Shown here: piece after piece, positions 28,685-36,898 of the stretch
How positions within the stretch are numbered: the stretch's first letter is position 1
Layout of the letters: each line of letters starts with the position of its first letter
DNA from: an uncultured Erysipelotrichaceae bacterium
GTDB taxonomy: Bacteria > Bacillota_I > Bacilli_A > RFN20 > CAG-826
Direction: 5' to 3'
Assembly: GCA_902787955.1 (NCBI GenBank)
Contig: CADAIJ010000005.1
Location: 34,049 to 98,048, forward strand
DNA: 64,000 nt
Program-made: the position numbers and the translations under genes
The notes under the pieces: model-generated
The model's database searches: none
Told to the model about the DNA's origin: nothing
The model's input: the letters and a program-made list of their open reading frames with translations, nothing else

Positions 28685-29311
28685 ATGTTTGTTACGATTG
28701 AAGGACCAGAGGGAAGTGGCAAGTCTTCTGTTACAAAAGAAGTTGCAGCGAGATTAGAAAAAGAAGGTTTCGAAGTTGTTTTAACTAGAGAACCAGGTGG
28801 CACACCAATCGCTGAACAAATCCGTAATGTTATTCTTGATAAAGAAAACACTAAAATGGATCCAGTTACTGAAGCATTATTATATGCTGCTAGTAGAAGA
28901 CAACATTTGGTGGAAAAAGTTTGGCCATTAACTAAAGAAGGAAAGATTGTTATTTCTGACCGTTTTATTGATTCTTCTTTAGCTTATCAAGGTGGCGCAA
29001 GAAACTTAGGAATTGATTATATTCTCGAATTAAACCACTTCGCTACTGAAGGCTATTTCCCAGATTTAACTTTGTTATTCGATATCGAACCTGAATTAGG
29101 TTTAAAAAGAATCGCCGCTAATAAAGGTAGAGAAGTAAATAGATTAGACTTAGAAAAAATTGAATTCCATCACCAAGTAAGACAAACATTTTTAGATATT
29201 GCGCATAGGTTCCCAGATAGATTTGTAATTCTTGATGCTTCTAAATCATTTGAAGAAGTTATCGAAGATGCCTATCACGCAATAAAAGATAGATTAGCTT
29301 CATGCAAATAA
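28685..29311 (+). CDS. tmk: Thymidylate kinase
   Basis: FVTIEGPEGSGKS, the TREPGGT motif and the DRF motif are present. Confidence 0.95.
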   Translation: MFVTIEGPEGSGKSSVTKEVAARLEKEGFEVVLTREPGGTPIAEQIRNVILDKENTKMDPVTEALLYAASRRQHLVEKVWPLTKEGKIVISDRFIDSSLAYQGGARNLGIDYILELNHFATEGYFPDLTLLFDIEPELGLKRIAANKGREVNRLDLEKIEFHHQVRQTFLDIAHRFPDRFVILDASKSFEEVIEDAYHAIKDRLASCK

Positions 29312-30282
29312 AAGAATATTTAGAAAAATATCAACCAGTAGTTTATAGAATCATTGGAAATGCTATTAGAGATGATAAGCTTTCTCATGCTTATTTAATT
29401 TCTGGTGCGGTTGGGATGCCAATCAAAGAAATTGCTGAATATATTGCTAAATCAATTCTTTGTCCAAATCATGATCCGTTTGCCTGTGATAATTGTTTAA
29501 CCTGCGCAAGAGTTGATGAACACACTTATGGCGATTTAATTATTATTGATGGTAGTGAAAGTAAAATTAAAAAAGGTGATGTTGAAAAAGTTATGACTAC
29601 TTTTGATAAAACAGCCTTAGAGAAAAACGGGATTATGATTTATATTCTCCACTTAGTGGAGACAATGACTACTGTCGCGGTTAACTCTCTTTTAAAATTC
29701 TTAGAAGAACCTGGCAAAAATGTTTATGCGATTTTAACCACTGAAAATGAATCTAAAATTCTTCCAACTATTATTTCTAGAACACAAGTTCTTCGCTTAA
29801 AAGAAATCGAAAGACAAACCGTTATTGAAGATTCTATCGCTAATGGTGTTGCTCAAGATGATGCTGAATTATTAAGTGGTTTATATTTTGATCCAAACAC
29901 AATTAACACTGTTTCCTCAGATGAAAATTATTTAAAAATTAAAGATTTAGTATTAGCTGAGATCGATGCTTTACTTACTTCCAAAGAAGACGCAATTTTT
30001 ACCTGTGAAAGTATTGTTATTAATGAAATAAAGACATATCCTCAAGCCAAATTATATTTAGACTTACTAATTATCTTTTTCCAAGATATGTTAAATTTAA
30101 CATCTAAGGGTGATATTTATTTAAAAAGTTATGCTACAATACTTGAAGACTTATCTAAAAAGATTAAGTATGTTGATAAAGCATTATTAACCTTAATGAA
30201 TTCAGTAGGTCAACTATCCCTTAACTTAAATATCGGATTATTGTTCGATCACATAATTTATGAAATAACAAAGGAGGAATAA
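29302..30282 (+). CDS. holB: DNA polymerase III subunit delta prime
   Basis: LSHAYLISG and a SRTQ-like box (IISRTQVLRL) are present. The position after tmk also supports the call. Confidence 0.85.
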   Translation: MQIKEYLEKYQPVVYRIIGNAIRDDKLSHAYLISGAVGMPIKEIAEYIAKSILCPNHDPFACDNCLTCARVDEHTYGDLIIIDGSESKIKKGDVEKVMTTFDKTALEKNGIMIYILHLVETMTTVAVNSLLKFLEEPGKNVYAILTTENESKILPTIISRTQVLRLKEIERQTVIEDSIANGVAQDDAELLSGLYFDPNTINTVSSDENYLKIKDLVLAEIDALLTSKEDAIFTCESIVINEIKTYPQAKLYLDLLIIFFQDMLNLTSKGDIYLKSYATILEDLSKKIKYVDKALLTLMNSVGQLSLNLNIGLLFDHIIYEITKEE

Positions 30283-30288
30283 AAAAAT

Positions 30289-31110
30289 ATGGATATTAAA
30301 TACTATGTTGGCGTGAAATTTGAAAATTCCTCAAAAGCTTATTATTTTGGAACAGACATAGATGGATTAAAAGTTGGCGATTTTGTTATTGCTGATTCAA
30401 TTAGAGGTGTTCAAGTCGGTAAAATTGCTACCGAATCTTTTGATATTAAAAACTATAAGAGTGAACTACCTTTAAAACCAATTGTTCGTAAAGCATCAGA
30501 AGATGATTTATTTATCTTTGAAGAAAACAAAAAACGTGCAAAAGGTGCCTTAAAAGTGGCATATGAAGAAATCGAAAGATTAAAACTTGAAATGTCACCT
30601 CTTGAAGCAGAATACGCACTTGATGGCACTAAAGTTACTATTACATATGTTGCAGATGACCGCGTTGACTTTAGAGAATTATTGAAAGCTTTAGCTTCTA
30701 GACTCCACTGCCGCATTGAATTAAGACAGATTGGTCCAAGAGATAAAGCACGTTATATCGGTGGTATTGGTATTTGTGGACTCCCACTTTGTTGCTCCAC
30801 ATTTATCCCTTCAATGGAAGGCATTTCTATTAACCGCGCTAAAAACCAAATGCTTTCTCTTAATATTCCAAAATTAAGTGGGCACTGTGGCAAATTAATT
30901 TGTTGTTTATTATATGAAGATGATAACTACACCGAACTTAAGAAAGACTTCCCTAACATTGGAACTACATTCTTTAAAGACGGTGTTCAATTTAAGATCA
31001 CTTCCTATAATGTTTTATCTCGAGTTGTTAAAATTGAATCAGGAGACGATGTTGAATTTGTCCCACTTGCAGAGATTAAACCATTAATTAAGAAACGCTA
31101 TGAGAAGTAA
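30289..31110 (+). CDS. ricT: PSP1 domain protein (YaaT/RicT-like)
   Basis: A PSP1 C-terminal domain with the Cys cluster GICGLPLCC..HCGKLICC is present. The gene sits in the conserved holB-yaaT position. Confidence 0.82.
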   Translation: MDIKYYVGVKFENSSKAYYFGTDIDGLKVGDFVIADSIRGVQVGKIATESFDIKNYKSELPLKPIVRKASEDDLFIFEENKKRAKGALKVAYEEIERLKLEMSPLEAEYALDGTKVTITYVADDRVDFRELLKALASRLHCRIELRQIGPRDKARYIGGIGICGLPLCCSTFIPSMEGISINRAKNQMLSLNIPKLSGHCGKLICCLLYEDDNYTELKKDFPNIGTTFFKDGVQFKITSYNVLSRVVKIESGDDVEFVPLAEIKPLIKKRYEK

Positions 31111-31948
31111 AAATTTTCAGGATAAAAAACCACTCCTTTATTTAGTGGCAACACCAATCGGAAACCTTGAAGATTTTTCTCCACGCGCCTTAAAAACCCT
31201 ACTAGAAGTCGACTTAATTGCCTGTGAAGACACTCGCGTAACAGGTCGATTATTATCGTTTTTCCAAATCAAAAAACCTCTTTATTCTTTAAGAGAACAT
31301 AATGAGGTTCAAGCCTCAGAATATGTGATTGAAAAGATGAAAGAAGGCACTAAAGTTGCTTATGTTAGTGATGCTGGATATCCAGGTATTTCTGATCCAG
31401 GACAATTACTTGTAGAGCACGCTTTAAAAAACGACATTAATGTTTCAGTTATTCCAGGTGCTAATGCTTTATTAACCGCTTTAGTGGCCTCTGGTCTTGA
31501 TTCTTCCAAATTCTATTTCCATGGATTTTTAAGTGCTAAAGAATCAGAACGAATTAATGAATTAAAAGATCTTTCTAAAAGAAAAGAAACAATTATCTTT
31601 TATGAAGCACCTCATCGTATTGAAAAGACATTAGGAGATTTAATGTCTATCTTTGGTAATAGAAGTATTTGTATTGCGCGCGAATTAACTAAATTACATG
31701 AAGAATATATACGCGATACTTTAGAAAATGTTCTCGAACTCGATATGAGCACGATTAAAGGAGAAATTGTTTTAGTTATTGAAGGTAATAGAAACGAAAC
31801 TCCAATCAATATTGATGATACTGAATTAATTAAGATGGTTAACTGTTTAGAAAGAAACGGTGTTTCCACGAAAGATGCGATTAAAAGAGTAAGTGAAAAT
31901 ACCTCAATTCCTAAAAACTATATCTATAAGATATACCACATGAATTAA
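31100..31948 (+). CDS. rsmI: 16S rRNA (cytidine1402-2'-O)-methyltransferase
   Basis: LYLVATPIGNLEDFS, ACEDTR and SDAGYPGISDPG motifs are present. Confidence 0.92.
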   Translation: MRSKNFQDKKPLLYLVATPIGNLEDFSPRALKTLLEVDLIACEDTRVTGRLLSFFQIKKPLYSLREHNEVQASEYVIEKMKEGTKVAYVSDAGYPGISDPGQLLVEHALKNDINVSVIPGANALLTALVASGLDSSKFYFHGFLSAKESERINELKDLSKRKETIIFYEAPHRIEKTLGDLMSIFGNRSICIARELTKLHEEYIRDTLENVLELDMSTIKGEIVLVIEGNRNETPINIDDTELIKMVNCLERNGVSTKDAIKRVSENTSIPKNYIYKIYHMN

Positions 31949-34900
31949 TTAGTGGTTTCTTCTTCTTGAATATTATCTGCTTCGGCAGATTTTTTCTTTT
32001 TATTTAATCTAATAGCTAAGATTGTTAAACCGGCAGTTCCAAAGACACTAAATATTGTCGCAGCAGCGCCAACTCCAGTATAAGGAGTCATATATGTCAT
32101 TTCATATTTAACTTTACCTTTAGGAGCGACAAATCCCACAAATCCACCTTGAGAATTATAAACTTTTGGATAAGTTACATTTCCGTTTTCTTCGATTGCT
32201 TTTACTTTCCAACCAGGAGTGTATGCTACTTGTGTAACAATATATCTTTCTTTTTCATAATTAGATTCAAAGGAGAAATAATCGGTTCCAAGTTTAACAT
32301 TACTGACCCCGTTTTCCATCGCTTTTTGATATCTATCAATGCACTTTTCGAATGGCTCGTAATATAAAGCTGGAGATAAACGATATAAGCCACCAGTAGG
32401 AAGAATAACAATGCGTTTAACTTTTTCAAGTGAATATAATTCACGAATAGTTTTTCCATCATTTCTTTGGTTATAGCGACATTCATCATAAGTAATAACT
32501 TTTGATTTGCCGGAGTCATCTTCACCGATTAACCAAATAGAAGCGTTATAGTTTGAATAAGAAGTTGCTACTGGATAATCGAGCATATAGCAGCCGCCTT
32601 TTTCGCCAATATCAAAATATGTTCCGCTTTGTGGTTCTAAAACAATTTGCCATTTAGAGACATTTTTATCAGTGGTTGTAACAATATTTTCATCCTTATA
32701 GTCACGGTCAGGATCCTTAGGATCAAAACTCTTTCCGTTAGGGTTCTTATATATTTTTGCAGCTTTATAATATATCTTTGCCGCGTCAATTCCTGGAACA
32801 GTATCAACATAATTAAAGCCAGCATCTAGATGGTTTGCTCTAATATCATAGATATCATCATTATCTAAAATTGTTCCTTTAAAATACATTTCTTCGTTTC
32901 TAATAACATCACTAGCTGTATCAGCATAATAAGTATTAACTACTGTGCCGGCGCAAGAATTCTTGTAATAGAAAGTATCGTGGCTAGTAGCAAAGTTTAG
33001 ATGATAATTGTTTTTATAAACACGATATCCGTTTTCTTCAATTATTTTTTCAAAGCCTAATGGGATATTTGGATTAAAGACAACGCTATACTTAGTTCCA
33101 TCAGATCTTGAGTATGTATATGAGGTCTCAGAATCTTTCGAAATATAGTATTTAACCCCTAGGAACTCGTCTAAATTAGTTCTTTTTGAGAAGGCGGTTC
33201 CGGACCAAGATGTATCTCCTTTAAGCACTAAAGAGAAGCGTTGGAAATCATCAACATAGTTATTATAGAAGGAGTGGAAAGTCGAAATTCCGTTATAACC
33301 TAAAGTTAATGGAATGTTTGGATTTCCATCTTTCGCTCTTATAGATTGGATACGATAGAAAGAATTATCATCTTTTTTAATCTTATCCACTAAAGCTTGT
33401 TCGGTTGGGACATTATTATACCCGCCGTTAACACTGGTATAGATACTTTGTAAGCCGTGATTCATTGCAACTAAAGTTCCCATAACAACAACTTCAACTG
33501 CTAAGCTAGCCCCCATAAATTTATAAATGTGTTTAGTTTTGATACCAAAGGTAAAGACTAGCGTTTCTAAAGCCACTAAAATTAGTTGATAAATAACTAA
33601 TCCGATATATTCATTCGGATCTAGGATATTTGTGTATTTTTTAGAAAGGTCCACTGCGACAAAATACATTACTAAACTTATAACAAAGATAATTATTCCA
33701 GAAACTGCTATAGCAGGTTTTCCAATTTCTTTACGTTTATCAAACCCTAAAGCGGCGTAAGTAATAATAGAAATAGATACAACAATTTCCCATCTACCAT
33801 AGACGTTTGAGAACATGCCACATAAGAAGTAGAAGAATGGAACAAATAAACAAATAGACAGCACCGCAATCGCAATAAAGTGCGATACTTTTCTATCTTT
33901 AAACGACTTATATATTGAAGCGAAAAACATTATCATCACTGGAGTGTATACAAATATTGAAGTCGCTGAATTTTCAAAATAACGATAATGAATAATGTTT
34001 GTAAAACGATCAGATATAGTTGGATAGAAGAATGACGCTAATGGGAAATATTGAGAGAACATATAGTTAGCAGGATTAGTTCCAGAATTAGCTACACTTG
34101 TATTCCAAGAATAGAAAAGTAGCTTAAATAATTCGTCCCAATCTTTCTCTTTAAAAGCAGATTTTAGTTCGGTTATATAAAGGGAGCTTGTACTACGTTC
34201 AATTCCAAAAGAGCTGATTACCGCAGGTAAAACTACGATTAACGAAGATAGCGAACCGAATAAAAATCCAGCAAAACCAAATCCTATAACTTGGAGATGC
34301 TCCGCCATAGTTTTACGGTCTTTAATTGTTTGGAAGAATCTAAATACAGCATATGCTGCACCAAATATACCAGCGGTTAAAAGGAAGAAATAGTTACTGA
34401 TTCCTAGTAAGAACATGCCTAGAGTTAGAGCCCAAACATGTTTTTCTTTAATTACTTTTTCAACACCAAATAAGACAAGTGGGAAGAAACTTAATACTTC
34501 ATAGAAAGAGTTAAACCATAAGAAATAAGCAATCCAGCCAGTAAAAGCGTACGCGATTGAAAATAATCTTGCGGTCTTTTCTTCGGCGCCTAAATATTTA
34601 AGATATACTCTAAAGAGTAAACCACCCACTACAAGTCTTGCTACAGACATTAAAGCTTGGGTTTGTGGTAGCCAATCTCTTGGGAAGAATAGCATTGGAA
34701 AAATAAATGGAGAAAACAAACCATAGAAGGTATTTGCTTGAATATTATCGTTACCAATAAAAACATTATGAACAAAGTTTGGGAAATTACCTGTTCTAAA
34801 AAATGTCCACCAAGAATCGTAGAAGTTATAACAGAAAGTTAATCCTTGTTGTGAAAAGTCACCACCATATGGAGTGGTAAAATTTTGATTAACTAAAGCA

Positions 34901-35037
34901 TAGCCAAAGAAGCCAAAGCCAAGAGCAAGTAAAACTACGACGTAATAAAAAAACGAATTAATGTGTTTCAAAAATTCGAACTTTGGAACAATTACTTGAT
35001 TCCAAAATCGTTTATGTGACATTACGCCTGCATCCAT
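31945..35037 (-). CDS. YfhO family polytopic membrane protein (putative glycosyltransferase-type), 1030 aa
   Basis: It has many TM segments in the N-terminal 500 aa, including a YfhO-like GGDFSQQGL..FY segment. A large extracytoplasmic domain follows, then a C-terminal TM anchor. The start could instead be Met6. Confidence 0.78.
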   Translation of the reverse strand: MDAGVMSHKRFWNQVIVPKFEFLKHINSFFYYVVVLLALGFGFFGYALVNQNFTTPYGGDFSQQGLTFCYNFYDSWWTFFRTGNFPNFVHNVFIGNDNIQANTFYGLFSPFIFPMLFFPRDWLPQTQALMSVARLVVGGLLFRVYLKYLGAEEKTARLFSIAYAFTGWIAYFLWFNSFYEVLSFFPLVLFGVEKVIKEKHVWALTLGMFLLGISNYFFLLTAGIFGAAYAVFRFFQTIKDRKTMAEHLQVIGFGFAGFLFGSLSSLIVVLPAVISSFGIERSTSSLYITELKSAFKEKDWDELFKLLFYSWNTSVANSGTNPANYMFSQYFPLASFFYPTISDRFTNIIHYRYFENSATSIFVYTPVMIMFFASIYKSFKDRKVSHFIAIAVLSICLFVPFFYFLCGMFSNVYGRWEIVVSISIITYAALGFDKRKEIGKPAIAVSGIIIFVISLVMYFVAVDLSKKYTNILDPNEYIGLVIYQLILVALETLVFTFGIKTKHIYKFMGASLAVEVVVMGTLVAMNHGLQSIYTSVNGGYNNVPTEQALVDKIKKDDNSFYRIQSIRAKDGNPNIPLTLGYNGISTFHSFYNNYVDDFQRFSLVLKGDTSWSGTAFSKRTNLDEFLGVKYYISKDSETSYTYSRSDGTKYSVVFNPNIPLGFEKIIEENGYRVYKNNYHLNFATSHDTFYYKNSCAGTVVNTYYADTASDVIRNEEMYFKGTILDNDDIYDIRANHLDAGFNYVDTVPGIDAAKIYYKAAKIYKNPNGKSFDPKDPDRDYKDENIVTTTDKNVSKWQIVLEPQSGTYFDIGEKGGCYMLDYPVATSYSNYNASIWLIGEDDSGKSKVITYDECRYNQRNDGKTIRELYSLEKVKRIVILPTGGLYRLSPALYYEPFEKCIDRYQKAMENGVSNVKLGTDYFSFESNYEKERYIVTQVAYTPGWKVKAIEENGNVTYPKVYNSQGGFVGFVAPKGKVKYEMTYMTPYTGVGAAATIFSVFGTAGLTILAIRLNKKKKSAEADNIQEEETTN

Positions 35038-35106
35038 ATATGGCTATTCTATCACACGATTAAAATTTCTTTTAGAAAATTTAGAGTTTTGATAACAAGA
35101 TATATA

Positions 35107-36036
35107 TTATTTCTTACCAAATAACGCTTTAAATTCTATTGGCATTGGGGCGGTAAATTTCATTAATCTTTTACTAATTGGATGAATAAACGAAAGCTCA
35201 TAAGCATGTAATCCCAATCTTTTGATTGGATCAGCTGGCTCACCATATTTATCATCGCCAATAACATGATGACCGCGATGACCTAATTGCACTCTAATTT
35301 GATTCTTACGTCCTGAATCAATATTAACGTTTAAAAGTTGATAGTCTTTATTAGACCAAAGTACTTCATAACTAGTAACACATTTCTTCGCGGATTTATC
35401 ATTTTTATTTGGAGTAACATACATCAAATTTAAGGAGTTTTCTTTCAAATAATCCACAAAGGTTGCCTTATTTTCTTCCATATGGCCTTCAACGATTGCA
35501 AAATATCCTCTCGTTTTTACAATGTCTTGCCAGTTCTTTTGTAAGATGTTTCTGATCTTGTCATTTTTTGCAAATAATAAAACACCAGAAGTATCTTCAT
35601 CTAATCTATGGACGACATAAACTCGATTATTACGGTTAGATTGTTGGAGGTAATCAGTTACCATTCGGTATGCTGTTCTACCTTTTTCTGTATCGCTAGC
35701 GATAGAAAGAAGTCCGGATGGCTTATTGATAACAATAAATTCATCGTCTTCATAAATAATAGGAAGTTTTCTTCTTTCTTTTTTCGCAATTCGATTTTTA
35801 GAAACAATAACAATATCATCTTTAACAAGTTTGAAGTTATATTGTGAAATTGGTGCGCCATCAACTGCGACTTGATGATTACTTAATAAATTCTTAACGT
35901 TATTACGAGATAAGTTAGGATATTTAGACAATAAAAATTGAAGAAGTTCGCATTCTTCTTTCACTTTAAATTCTTTAATCGAATTAGGATTAACTTTCCC
36001 TTTATTTATCGTTTGTTTTTTATCGTTTTTATTCAT
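35107..36036 (-). CDS. RluA family pseudouridine synthase with N-terminal S4 domain
   Basis: The HRLDEDTSGVLLFAKN catalytic motif and KNQIRVQL are present. Confidence 0.85.
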   Translation of the reverse strand: MNKNDKKQTINKGKVNPNSIKEFKVKEECELLQFLLSKYPNLSRNNVKNLLSNHQVAVDGAPISQYNFKLVKDDIVIVSKNRIAKKERRKLPIIYEDDEFIVINKPSGLLSIASDTEKGRTAYRMVTDYLQQSNRNNRVYVVHRLDEDTSGVLLFAKNDKIRNILQKNWQDIVKTRGYFAIVEGHMEENKATFVDYLKENSLNLMYVTPNKNDKSAKKCVTSYEVLWSNKDYQLLNVNIDSGRKNQIRVQLGHRGHHVIGDDKYGEPADPIKRLGLHAYELSFIHPISKRLMKFTAPMPIEFKALFGKK

Positions 36037-36898
36037 CTTTTGCTTCTAAAAATTTAACTAAACGAGAATAACATTCTGGTCTTCTATCACGGAAAACACC
36101 CCAGGAAGTCCTCTCTTTATTGATTTCCGCTAAATCAAATTCATGAATTCTAAAGCCTTCTTCAGTGCGATTCATTTCTTCTACTACTTCTCCATGTTGA
36201 TCAGCAATGAATGAGAATCCTTGGAATGTCATAGTAGAGTTTTTAGCTCTTTCTTCGCCGACACGGTTAGAAGCAAGAACAGGAATAATATTAGCAGCGG
36301 CGTGTCCACACATAGTGTTTCTCCAATGTGGCATTGAATCTCTAACTAAGACTGGCTCGCTACCAATTGCAGTTGGGAATAAAATCATTTCAGCACCTTC
36401 AAGAGCTAAAATACGTGCTGTTTCTGGGAACCATTGATCCCAACAAATAGCCACACCGACTTTGCCAAATTTTGTATCAAATACTTTAAATCCTGTATCA
36501 CCTGGAGTGAAATAGAATTTTTCTTCATAACATTCGCCAGTTGGGATATGGGTTTTACGATAAATTCCTAAATCTTTTCCATCAGCATCAATCATGACTA
36601 AAGAGTTGAAGTAATTTTGACCACATTTCTCAAAGAATGAGATTGGTAAAACAACGTTATATTTTTTCGCAACTTCCTTAAAGTGCTTAATAAGCGGAGA
36701 TTTTTCTCTTTCAATAGCAAGGTCGAATTTATCATAATCTTCAACTTGGCAGAAATATAATCCGCTGAATAATTCTTGTAACAAAATAACATTTGCGCCG
36801 GCTTCTGCAGCTTTTTTTACAAGTTCAGTAGCTTTATTAACGTTTTCTTCGTAATTATCAGAACAGCTCATTTGAGTAATAGCAACTTTAATCTTCAT
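36029..36898 (-). CDS. aguB: N-carbamoylputrescine amidase (CN hydrolase family)
   Basis: E-K-C triad context is present (LLQELF, YRKTHIP, VAICWDQWFPE). The length and the AguB-like sequence fit. The gene overlaps the upstream agmatine deiminase fusion by 11 nt. Confidence 0.85.
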   Translation of the reverse strand: MKIKVAITQMSCSDNYEENVNKATELVKKAAEAGANVILLQELFSGLYFCQVEDYDKFDLAIEREKSPLIKHFKEVAKKYNVVLPISFFEKCGQNYFNSLVMIDADGKDLGIYRKTHIPTGECYEEKFYFTPGDTGFKVFDTKFGKVGVAICWDQWFPETARILALEGAEMILFPTAIGSEPVLVRDSMPHWRNTMCGHAAANIIPVLASNRVGEERAKNSTMTFQGFSFIADQHGEVVEEMNRTEEGFRIHEFDLAEINKERTSWGVFRDRRPECYSRLVKFLEAKDE

